Positions 1 through 11,974 of a stretch of 64,000 nt of DNA are shown here, piece after piece. The notes under the pieces were generated by a model. It was given only the letters and a program-made list of their open reading frames with translations. It searched no databases and had not been told where the DNA came from. Both the position numbers and the translations under genes were made by a program. The DNA comes from Asterias rubens (taxonomy: Eukaryota): NCBI RefSeq assembly GCF_902459465.1, contig NC_047071.1, positions 9,176,001-9,240,000 of the forward strand, written 5' to 3'. The first letter of the stretch is position 1; every line of letters begins with the position of its first letter.

Positions 1-616
1 CCGTCTAAACTTCTTTGTTAAACCGTATCCATTTCATTATAAACGCTTTTTGTAGCCCAAAGCGTCAGATCCGAAGCGCCGTTTAATTACAACCGGAATT
101 CGGGAACTCCCCTAACAGAGTCCTGTCTTCCAAGGCCGGAACGCCGGAATTCACGAGTCAACCATACATCTGTTATTATAATAGATATTAAGTGCACTAA
201 GTTCAATCCTAATTATTATGCCATCTGTGAGCTGATAATTGTCCGCTGACAGATTTCATTCCTAAGTTTCTCTTCTTAAAAAAATAAAATAAATAAATAA
301 AATAGATTGGGAAAAACAACGGAAAAAAACCATAAAAATGGGCACGACATTCAACTAACACATCCCGGTTGAAACCCAAAAGCTAAGTCTCAACTTGGCT
401 AAGCAATTACTGCTCTGTAATCCGGTAAAAACTTACATTTCGAGGTGACGTCATTAAACCAGTTGGTGACTTCATCGTAACTTTTTTTTTCTTTTTCTTT
501 TTGAGCTTTAATTTGTTTTCTTCTTTCAGCTTGATCTATGTTCTGTGCGTATAGCTTTTGTAAACAACTACGGCATTTTGTCTAATAATACTATCACATT
601 CCTGTTTTGTTCACAG

Positions 617-1053
617 CGCTCTTCTTAGCACAGATCTCTGACAGTCGCCCCCTGAGAAAATTCCGTCGCATGAAAAATCGTCAGCGAATTGTCCAGGATG
701 ACAGCGACGACGATGAAAGTTCCGAGTGCGGTGACAGTGGCGACGTTGACAGCGATGACGGGGACGATGACAACGGAGACGACAGCAATGAGAATCCATG
801 TAAGAAACCTACGACCACGACATCGCCGACCACAACTCAAGCCACGACGACTCAAGCTACGACTCAAGCCACCACATCGGTCAAGAACACGACCATGCCC
901 CCAACAACGACAACGGTGGCGACAACGACCATGCCCCCTACAACGACAACGGTGGCGACCACAGCGATGACGACCACGACAGCGATGACGACCACGCAAG
1001 CCGTACTGACAACGCCACCAGGCAGGACTCTGCGAGGTGATGGAACGGCGTAG
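617..1053 (+). CDS. g1, last coding exon (exon 1 upstream of window): predicted secreted protein with basic N-terminus, Asp-rich block and Thr-rich mucin-like tail
   Basis: Acceptor ttcctgttttgttcacag ends at 616 in phase 1, as in the other five genes. Reads xLFLAQISDS-RPLRKFRRMKNRQR-DDSDDDESSECGDSGDVDSDDGDDD...-TTTT/TTQA/TTTMPPTTTTVA repeats-stop. No TM segment in this exon. Confidence 0.7.
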
Positions 1054-1259
1054 ACGCTTCAATCGAGGAGTTATTCAATTTAAGATAGTATTTAATATAT
1101 TTGTATCAGTTCACGAGCCATTGATTTCATGGAAACAATGATAGACTACCAAGTTCCGTAAGAAAATCATAGTGATTTTACTTTGTCCCCATTGCTACAC
1201 TAGGCGATGTACAATTTTTCCCCATCACCGAGTCATGACATGATCTTATGCAAGTCGCC

Positions 1260-1432
1260 AGACACACAAGGCCTGAAGGCCACTTCAAGGTGCGGGCTAT
1301 AATTATTTCCCAGTGGCCTACGCCTCCTACTCCTAGGGCTGAAACAGGGTTACCCATTTAACAGTCCATACAGATGAAGGCTTGGGTATGATCAGTACGA
1401 AGCTTGGCCGGTAGAGCAGATTAAAGCACTAC
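1260..1432 (-). mobile_element. SINE body fragment (same family as 56387-56655)
   Basis: The reverse complement aligns by eye with 56507-56650 (gtagtgcttt..ctgctctaccggcca..gatacccaagcct..gtatggactgt..aaccctgttt.agccctagg). Confidence 0.7.
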
Positions 1433-2524
1433 CCCCCCCCCCCCCCCCCCCCCCCCGATGGATTGCGCGTGTTCTTGGTCTAAGCCAAATTCACGTCTAA
1501 GACTAAAACTAGTGTGTGAATGATAACTAATTTAAATAATTGTATGGAGAAGATGTATATTGATCTTGGTTCATAAGTTCATAGAAGTGTTCAATGTTTA
1601 TAAAAATGAAGGAAAACCAATCAAAATATTCCCAAACTATGTAGTTACTTGTTGTATCCGGACGCAGGAGACCAAAGCCAACATGCAGCTCGCACATCAG
1701 AAGGTCAACACATCTCACTCACTTCTTCTGCCGAGTCCGGTTTCCTGAATGGCATTTCGCATTGTTATACTTCGATATAGACACATATTATAGTTTTATT
1801 GTGAATTTGTTAATTAAAACATATTAATAAGTAACTAAATATTTGAATTATTCAAGATGAAAGTATTTTTGGTCGAAGGACTCTTATTTTCTATACCAAA
1901 GTTTTATAATGTTGGCTTGTCACACATTGTGTATTAAATAATAAAAAATAAAAAATAAATCAATTTTATTGGGTTTTTATTTCGACTTGAAAACAATTAT
2001 CTGATTTGTATGAACTTATCTTACTTTACTATCTTAAAACCAGATTGGGTGAATTAAGGGTTTTGTAAATTGGTGATAACGCAAAAAAATAAAACATGTT
2101 ATTTAATGTTGATGAAATCACAGAGCAGAATGAAAGTCACCAAGTGACGTAGGAAATTAAGTCAATTATTTATAGTTATTTGAATAATTGTGCACAAACT
2201 GGTATACCAAGACCAAGCGTTCGTTATTTTTGGCGCCTAGTTTAACTCGTCTTGTTGGTTATGATTAGCTCGTGCAAGGTGCGTGCCGCCACGTTGACGT
2301 TCACGGTCAAATTTGCAAATTGCAAACTGTTTATTGAAATTCATCGGAACAGGGTCGGTTTATTTTTGGACAGGAGGTAGTCAATCGGTCGATTCAGAAG
2401 ACCGAAGTCCACATGATATAGAACATGTCAAGCGTGGCAGACAACAAATCTGACAAGGGTGTTTAATAAATAAAATAAAAAATAACATCAACAAACAAAA
2501 AGGCGAGCACATAGCGACACAGAG

Positions 2525-2851
2525 AAAGACCAGTCTCCTCACTTGGTGTATATCTCAACATATGCATACATTAATAAACTTGTGAAATGTTTAGCTCAAT
2601 TGGTCGTCAAAGTTGCGAGATAATAATGACAGAAAAACAACCTTGTCACACGAAGGTTTTGTGCTTTCAGATGCTTGATTTTGAGACCTCCAAACCTAAT
2701 TCCGAGGTCTCGAAATCAAATTCGTCGAAAATTATTTCTTTCTCGAAAACTACGTTCGTTCAGAATGTTTTATACTACCAACCTCTCCCCATTATTTGTT
2801 ACCAAGTAAGGTTTTATGTTAAACACTTATTTTGAGTAATTACCAATAGTG
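2525..2851 (-). mobile_element. Kolobok-like MITE family A, truncated copy
   Basis: Matches the reverse complement of the full copy at 23217-23567; termini eroded. Confidence 0.75.
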
Positions 2852-3104
2852 AAGTCCAAACGAATACCATGTGGGTGATGATTTGAGCATTACATGGTGT
2901 TGATTATAGACAAAATAGTAACATAATTTCTGGAATAACTATTATAAAACGCTCACAAGGAGAAAAATTGATTCTGAGAGTTAGGCATACCGTTTTTTTT
3001 TTAGTTTTTTTTGCAAGAATATTGTTTTGGTTTTACCGCATAACCGATGTTTTTAAACACTGTATACCCGTTTCTTTCTCGAGTTCTTTGAAACAAAACC
3101 ACAA

Positions 3105-3292
3105 TCAAATTCTAAATCTGAGGTCTCGAAATCAAATTCATGGAAAATTACTTCTCTCTCGAAAACTACTCCACTTCGGAGGAAGCCAATTCTCACAATG
3201 TTTTATACCATTAACCTCTCCCCATACTCCTCACCAAGAAAGGTTTTATGCTAATAATTATTTTGAGTAATTACCAATAGTGTCCACTGCCT
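3105..3292 (-). mobile_element. Kolobok-like MITE family A, half copy
   Basis: Ends in ttaccaatagtgtccactgcct followed by TTAA. Confidence 0.8.
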
Positions 3293-4103
3293 TTAAAGCA
3301 AATGAAAATTAACTGCATTTCATGTTTTTACTTGGCAAAATGTGTAAAAACAAAAAACATCTAAGATCAGGAAGAAATGAGGATGTGGTTCCGACCCCAC
3401 CTACCCCCGTCCACCCCATTTCCCCCAGAGTCAAGCTTTTCCAATGTACCCTGTCTCCCGTAACGCACGTAGACATACTCAAAAGCTGTTCACGTCAACA
3501 AAAACAATGAAGTGATTGGTTTTACTCTTTTTTTACTTTTTAGGATCCGAAACTCATGCAAAGGAAGTCTTGATTATACGAACAAGCCACAAGTGGAAGG
3601 AATGACGTCTGGGTACATCTATGGCTCTCTCGTGGATCTAATGACGTTATTCATGACGATGATCAAAATGCATTTCACAGAATTTCCTGCACATTTATTC
3701 AGTCACCGAATGCTCTTAAGCACAGACAGCCTGGTATTCGTTTGTTCCCAGTCAGTTTGTATCTCTTATTTTCATAGCGTGTACAGCTGATGCAGCTAAC
3801 ATGATTACAGATTCTAGATTGCCATTTTGACTCATGTATAGAGAGTATCAACACTGGATGCCCTTAAGTTGCACTTAACTAGCAACTCTAGTGACTCTCC
3901 TGGATGCTAATCAATTCATCCGTTTTGCAGACCCTTGAAACGGTAGTTGGACGTACACATGTGACATTCCAATTCAACATGAGTTTGTTTCTTGTGGGAG
4001 TCATTCATGCCTGTAGGAAAGAGCTTTGACTTTTGTTTCATGTGACTCAAGATTTTGTTTTGTCTCAAGAACTTCGTGGAAACCAATTGACGTTGAATCC
4101 AAG

Positions 4104-6144
4104 ATGGCGTCGACAGCAAGCCTTTTCTTAGTTGTCGTGATAGGTAAGTCTTAAATATTGTTTGTTTAGTTTTATAACCGGGCACATGTGATGATGTGAT
4201 GGCAACTTTGGAGATTCACCGGCACTCTGACTCACTCCCGGTCAGTAGGATTGTGGTTTGTCATTGCTAATAAGTTCATTAAGTTTGACTTTAAATTGTT
4301 ATACTTCTAATCAATGTATTGGTCACACTGGAGTTGTTGTTTCCATTGTATAGCATTAGGTCTGTTGTAGATTATGGCGAAACACAGATGCCTCAACCAC
4401 GACTACTCTTCGCTCTGAATATTGTTGACATCAAAGGGAACGTGCAACTTTTGTTTTGGGAACTGTTTTTGTTTATTTACATTTCATAATATTACTATAT
4501 ACCCATTGAACAATAAAACGAAGTTATGAAAAAGGTTGAAGCGTCTTTTATAGATACCGCCCACAATCCAGTTAGGTCCACGCAGGAAAAAACGTTATTG
4601 GATAACACATTCTGAGAAACTTGTAAATAGTAACGTTTCTCGGATTGTGTTGAATGTTGTTTATATTATCATACTCAATGTTTACTCAATGTTTTACACA
4701 ATCGCAAGCTGATGTACTTCCAACCTATTAATAAGTTTGTATTGCCAATTATTTTGTATTTGTGATAATCAAACGTATACCCTTTTTCAGGATCGTTTCT
4801 TAATCAAACGGTATTGTCACAGTTGTTTCTACGCTGATAACAATTAACTGGGATAGTTTATTGCAAAAAAAAAAAAAATAATGGAATACGACGTCGAATT
4901 TGTTCTGAAATGAAAATATGTTATCTTTGTATAAACTGTTGCAATGACAACTAAGACTCGGTTTCGAGGAGTTTTGATTTATATTTCACAATGCAGTAAG
5001 ATTCGTCAACTTACACATAAAAAACGCTTCCACAATTTCTTTTGGTTAGTGAAATTGTCACATTTGTTTCGCAATGTACACATGTACGTTGATGGGATTA
5101 AAACAATCAATTAAACAAAACAAAAGGTATATTGTTTTCCTTTCAATGGTCGGAAGGAAGGAACTTTATCCTTTGCATCAGACGCAGCTAACTCGCTGAA
5201 TACGATAAATTTATGTACCAAAATAGTTCTAGAAACCATTTATAAACGTAATTACTCCGTTAGTATGTACTTCCTCATTACTTTTAATATAGACACCAAC
5301 ATTTGTTGATATATTTATTCTAATAAGCATGAACAACTGTGCGTCCTAGTGAATTGTCCGAATTAAAACAGAACAATTATGTTACTTTTGATTGATTAAT
5401 TGGATCAACCTGTTGTATTCATCGACATTAAAATATTTGTTTCCTGTTTTGTTTGTCTCTGACCTATTTACAGGTTTCTTTGTCCTTCCATCTGTCATTG
5501 AGTCACTCCCAATTAGTATGGAAGATGGCAAACGAGGGCAGCAACAAACAAATGGCTTTGGCGATCAAGAAAGCCAGGAGTTAGCAGGCCAGACCGATGG
5601 TGCCGAACAGACTGGTGGAAGCTCCGAGGAGGTAGGCGCGGGAAACACCTGGCCCAGCGTCGGCGTAATCCCGGTCAACCCGGGTCCTGTGAACCCAGTC
5701 GGTCCGGGCCGAGAAGGAGGAGCCCCCGCTGCGATTCCGAGGTATCACTCAGTTGCGGTACCAAAGTACCCAGATATTGGTCCAGCTGATCCCGTTGGTA
5801 ACCCAAGGATCCCACCAGTTATCCCACCTCCTGCACCCACCGAGTGGCCTGCAGCGATACCCCTGACCACCCGCACGAGGGGTGATATCGGGATGGAGGC
5901 GTTCAACCCGAGGATGAATGGGGCGGGATTTAAACCACCAAAACAAGATGTTCGGCCCAAATCAAAGTCTCCTACGATCTCCAATAACATTGCTCATATC
6001 TCACAAGATGAACCCAAAGCCCCACGTACACAGCCTGTACCCTTCCCAGCAATACTCGCCGTTGTAGTAATTGGTGGGGTTGTCGTCGTCACAGCCATTG
6101 GAGGCGTAGCTTATTTCGTAGCAACAAGGGTACGGATCTCTTGA
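4104..6144 (+). CDS. g2, exons 4104-4143 and 5474-6144: 236-aa type-I membrane protein with Pro-rich ectodomain
   Basis: ATG GCG TCG...ATA G|gtaagt donor and ttacag|GT acceptor give signal peptide MASTASLFLVVVIGFFVLPSVIES-LP. C-terminal TM AILAVVVIGGVVVVTAIGGVAYFVA, tail TRVRIS. Confidence 0.85.
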
Positions 6145-8971
6145 ACTATAGAACAATGAACTATTTCGTACCGCCACCAAACTTGATTTAAAAGTCAAGT
6201 TTAAGACAATATGGCTTTTTCAGCTTATTGTTTCTAGCATTTATTATGAAAACTGATAATCAAATTATACACAGATTCATAAAATCAGTTGTTTGAAGCA
6301 AAATGGTTCTTCCATAAAATCGAACGCACAGGACTCGTTTACTAAGAAGTTATTTTACACAAGCTTTTAATTGTATATATTATTAAATTTATATAATGTA
6401 CATGCATCTTTCTAAGTTTATATAGGTTAATTTTCTTTTCTTTTTAATATATCCTGCGCTGGCCCCGTTAATATCTAAACGTTAAATGTGTGGATTATGG
6501 TTCCCTAACTTTAAATAAATTTACGTTCTCAAAGATCAAAACTTTCTCATACAACTCACGGTCCATCCCCCCCCCCCCCTCACAAAAAAAGTTTCCCAAA
6601 CATCCAAGGTTCTCAAATAACTCAAAGTTCCCAAAGAACACAGAACATCATCAAAGAACCAGGGGTTTCATAAAGGACCAATGGTTCCCAAAGAACTGGG
6701 GGTTTTCAAAGAACCCAAAAGTTCACAAAGAATTCTGAGTACGCATGCGGGTAAACCACAATGCAGCATAAAATAATGCAACGCATCTGACAAAATAATA
6801 ATGGTAGTTCTGTATGGTAATGAAGGAAAGATAACACTATTTGCTATTTTTGATTTTTGTTGACGTTGCTTTTACATACTAATCAACTCACCCTAAAATT
6901 GTTGTACTTGAAAATATTTCTCAAGCCTTTCACAAAAAAACATTGAATTATTAGTTCTTGTTAACAAATAAATGTCTTCAATGTTCGTTGAATGTTTTTA
7001 TGTACACTATTATGATGACAAACCAGAAGTTTACAATTAAATAATATAAAGGAAATAAAATATTTTAATTTCAATCTGTTGGGCTTTTAAACCCTTTAGT
7101 TCACACTATTCGTTGTGTGTTAACCTTGTACCCCTACTTGTTGGCTCTCCTGTTGGTAAGGTATTGTGTCAAACGTGAGATCCTCCTTGGCTTCATGGCT
7201 TGCATACGTATTTTGGTAATGTTGACCAAAATCATCCGTCCCATCGTCCAAAAGCATATTTTTTTTATGGGAACTTGCATTTCTTTGAAAACCTTGAGTC
7301 TTGAAGAAGGTGTTAACGTCCAATTGTTTTACTTGTCTTGCATTAGTAAAGAAAACGAACTCACTGGAATTTTCAGAGGAGCAAGTTTGTGTAAAGTAGG
7401 CATGGGTTTATGTGGAATTTACGTCACACAATGACGTACTGGGGTGTGGTTGTTAGGAGTGAACTGATATTTAAGTAGTAGACTTCCAAATCTAACGGAA
7501 CTGTTCGTAGGTTAGAAAAAGAAAGGAAACAAATCTGGACTTACAATCTTTTTACTGGTTTTCACAGAACAAATTTCCCTGGGCGATACTATGTTCTAAG
7601 TCAAAAATTTAAGCCTTGGTACATAACTGAAACATCAAACCAAAACAATTGTATTTTATTGTGGACAATATTGTGCAAGAAACAAAAAAAACACATGACT
7701 GCACTTTGTTTCGACATCTCTTTGTTCCGATAAATCATTGGGTACGTTCGTTAATCTTCCATGGGTCATCCCCGGTCTGCCCCGGTGCGTTCGAATAGCT
7801 TTTGACGTCATTCCAGGGGCTCACCCGGGTAAGCCCCCCAGTGCCCTGATTGTGCAGTGGGTCACATGGGGGCAGGCCCCACGTGCATGACGTCACTACG
7901 AGAGCGGTGAGTCGTTCGTTTGGCTCTTGTCAGGGGCTCACCCGAGTGAGCACCGCGGGGTACACCCAGGGAAGCTAAACAAACGCACCCATTGTGATCT
8001 GCACGCTGGGGGGGGGGGGGGGGTTAGGGTCGGGACAAGGGTTAGGAAAAAACATAAGGGGCGTTGAAACATAGTAATGTAGAAACACAGCGGTGTTGGA
8101 ACACTTGGTGTGTAGCAGAAACAAAACACAGCTTGGGATCAAATTACGACTGCATTTTAGTATTGATGCCGTTGTTCTACTTGAAGTTGGTGCTTCATTA
8201 CCTGACTGACACAAACAATGCAGACCGAGGGGATAGCACATTGGGGTGCTGCACCCCCTACTCCGCCCCTCCAACGGTCGCAACACCTGGTAGGTAGGGG
8301 GTGTAACTGCCACCACAATTCAACACAATCCGGGCCTGCCATCAGTTCCCTCTCCCTTCCCATTCCTATCATCGGGTACACATTGCAGAGGCTCTTAAGA
8401 TAACGCATGAGGGGATGGGTGAACATCCGATGCAGACAGTGACCAACAGAAGATTGAAATGAGGTCGGAAGGGAAGGGAGTGGGAGGGAAATTAAGACCA
8501 TGAGTTTATTGTTTATACTACTTGGTTTATGTTTTGAGTACGGTATCCAGGAAGGGGCAAATGGGTTCATCTTTGAATTATACCATCCTTTCACATTATG
8601 TTAATAGTGCATAGAATTCTTTAAAAGAACGAGTCAAATTTTCATTTCCTACAAGGTATATTGAGATTAAGAAAAAACAGTGAACCAAGTGGGGACTCAT
8701 CGGAAAGAAACAAAAACCTTTCTATGCATTTTTTTTTTTTTTTTTTTTTTTCGGGGGGGGGGGGGATTCAAACACCACCTACTCAATCCCAGCCCCACCA
8801 CATCCTTTCCCCGAAACAGACACTCAAGTTTCTAACATTAATCCTTTTTTACATTTCATGAAACGGATTTTACGTCATTATCGTCTAGGTCCCATATCGG
8901 CAGAGGGGTGTTGCTTTTGGCACAGGGGTGACAAACTAGAGCTTGTGCACGGTATACATTAGCTTGCTTAA

Positions 8972-9344
8972 AGGGAAGGTGCTTGTTTGGTAATTGTCAA
9001 AAACCAGTCTTCTCATTTGGGGCATCCCATCATATTAACCATAAAATAACAAGCCTGTGTAAATTTTTGCTTAATTGGTCGTCGAAGTTGCGAGAAAATG
9101 ATGACAAGAAAAAAAAAACCTTGTTGGACGAATTTGTGTGCTTTCAGATGAGAATAAACGACTTCTAGCTAGGAGTCTTTTAATATTTTAGTGAGAAATT
9201 ACTTCTTTCTTAAAAACTACGTTACTTCAGAGCGAGTCATTTCCCACAATGTTTTATACTATCAACAGCTCTCCAATGCTCGTTACCAAGTAGTTTGTTA
9301 AGTTAATATTTGCTTTTAGTAATTACCAAACGTGTACCTTCCCT
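8972..9344 (-). mobile_element. Kolobok-like MITE, subfamily B (TIR AGGGAAGGTACACGTTTGGTAATT)
   Basis: TIRs with TTAA on both sides (8968-8971 and 9345-9348); internal homology to family A. Confidence 0.85.
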
Positions 9345-11974
9345 TTAAAGATAAATCAACATAGAATATCTAGTCACACAACTATACTTTTGAAATTGGA
9401 ATCAAAAACAAGAAAAAGATTCCATGTTCTTTACAATTAAAATGTTACCAGTTGACATGGGCGCATGGGAAGGCCGGGCTCGTGATGTTGGTTGGCGTTC
9501 GTTCGAGTCAAACATTTCAACGCTTCGTTTAGCTTGATATAAATAACTTACTTAGCATATAAATATACGCATATGTATTTCAAAAGGGGGAGGTTACGCA
9601 TATGCATTTTAAAAGGAGTAGGTTGACATGTGAAACCAACAAAATAACTTATTTATAATTTGACATTAAAAGTAAATGAAGGGAAATAACTTGAAAAGCT
9701 TAAAATAGCACTGGGTTTGACTGCACAAATCAGAAGCTATACGTGTTACCTTCGATAAACACTTCCTAGTAATTTATGGATCTAAATATTTATGGAACCT
9801 AACTTAGAACGGAGTCATTTATAACAAATAAAGAATGGTTCATGAGTTTGCAAGATGATGAATTGTATAGGCCTACAAAGCAAGGCCAACTTTGGGTGTT
9901 CTCAGCGAAGTCAGATGTGACTAAATACTTCCGCTAAGGTTAGGTCATGAGCGTGACCTCGGAAAGTGCTGACGGCTGTTGCATGAGTGCACCTAATGAA
10001 ACAGTGACATCATTTTTCCAAAACTGGATGATAGTAACTGCGGTTTTACCATAACCGGATACTGTCAGATGTTTTTGTTTACAGTCGATCGGACATGCTT
10101 CGTCTTTCGTGAATCTATGATTTAATCCTAAAACAATACATTAAAAGACATTCGCTCGGTAAAATTTGGACTGTTCCATTTCACTCGGCTTCGCCTCGTG
10201 AAATGGAACAGTACAAATTTTACCTTGTGATAATATTCCTCCCATTCCACTCTGAGCCACTCAATATTTGTATACTGTCGGATCAGGCCCTGTAAACGAA
10301 TCTTAAAAATGGATTGACTGACACTGTATTTCCAAATATTGTGACAATAACGTGTACAATATAAAACACTAATGCATAGTTTAGAGAAACATATGAATAC
10401 AACAAACTTGAACGTGGGTGTGTCCATAGAAGCACAGCCTGCCCCAATATTATGTTAATCGTAGCTTAGGTACCTCGAAGTACGTATAATGTACTGACTT
10501 TGCTAAACTTTCTCAATTGCAACCCGCATGTGACGTCATGGAAGTCAAAGGTCAACAACACGACAGTCTCAAACTCAGCAGAGGGCGCTGTGACAGGGTA
10601 TTGTAAGACAAAAATGAGAACTTCGACGAATGTGCTCACATCGGCTACGGCTAGCTTTGGGCGTCGGCTGAAGTGACAACGTTGACAAATGGGACATTTC
10701 AGCGATCCAGCTAAAGCCAAAGCCGCGTCTACTGATTTGGAAAAGGCCACAGTGTGTCCATTTATGCCTATACCTAGCTATGGGGAGCAGTAAATGCGTT
10801 AAAATCTTCGGTAAAGTACAATAATGGCTTATAACTATGAATATGAAAACAGAAAATACTTATAATTAAATCTCACGATTATTTTTACGCTTATTTCCCC
10901 GTATTGTGCAGTTTTAAGTGGCTCAACGCACTGCGTTTAAAACACAGTCGCACAGTTAGTAACACATCTTAGACGAAACATCTGATTTACAACATGTACA
11001 CAACTTAACATCAAGAAACGCTTCACCCTATACAACTTGCTAACCCCAACTAGGCACCCCACCTTTATACAGCTTCAAAGCAATGACTGAGCAATGTTTA
11101 CCTTCACATAAGGAGGAAATCGCATCAATTTAATACTGACAATTTATTTCTTGGTAACTTTAAATGTGCGCCCTTTAAAAATTGGTACAGATTTCCGTCG
11201 AACGATTAATTGTGCCACGTGGTTCTTTGAAATGTGAAATATGTAACAGGCTTTAAACAAAGCCTGTTACATAAGTGTCTCCAATTATATTCGCCCGTAA
11301 GGATACTCGAATCTCAATTTAAAATAACCTTCTTGGTAAGCTTTTATTACCATTATTTTCAAACTGTGAAAGTTTGTTGTAAGTTTGTGGACATTGTGAT
11401 TAGAGTTACAATGAGTAAATACACATCTGTTAAAGTGTTCGTCTATTCAAAAACAGTTGAGTCCATTTCCACTACACTCCAGTTTCGCTTTCTAAATAAT
11501 CAGATTTTGCATAATTGGTGTCCATTCTTACTAATGTTGTAAGATGTTTTTATGTGTGGTTATCAATAATATGCAGCGTCATACTTCAAAGGAGTTAGAG
11601 GCTTTCTGGAAAGCCCCGGAACTGGTTAACCGCGAAGCCGATTGAAGGAGCCACTTGGACTGGAAAAAAACACCTCATTTTTGTATGCAGATTATTATCG
11701 ATATTATCAACATTTTGGTACAAGTAATATTGATATTATACACGATCATTTATGCACAGTTTTTACGAGTATTTAAACAACTAGGCTTACATAAAACTGA
11801 TGCTTTCCTGTAAACAATTTCTGAAACAATGGCCGGGAATTTCTGACCATATCCTAACAAGATAACTGAACTTATCCGTCTTAAGGTGCCACACCTAAGT
11901 CCAACTCCAAAAAAACTCAACATCCCAAATGGTCATTATCACTTTGACGTTTGGAAATTGAAGAATTCGGAATT

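Noticed and set aside
1432-1456. Long poly-C, poly-G and poly-A runs throughout the window
   Set aside because: Common homopolymers, some of them retroposon tails; lengths are unreliable in assemblies and nothing supports a function.
5392-5473. N-terminal extensions in the ORF track (5392, 17198, 35833) starting at non-ATG codons
   Set aside because: They lie in intron ends (polypyrimidine tract plus AG); the real starts are in upstream exons.
6600-6735. Imperfect ggttc...aaagaac repeats, superficially CRISPR-like
   Set aside because: No constant repeat with unique spacers, no cas genes, and a eukaryotic context; this is a decayed tandem repeat.
7117-7165. Hydrophobic stretch with a gtaagg donor resembling a family first exon
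   Set aside because: No ATG, phase 0 rather than phase 1, and no matching second exon.
8020-8046. Telomere-like gggttaggg motifs (also ccctaa/cctaaccc near 52063)
   Set aside because: Only one or two imperfect units; not an interstitial telomeric array.
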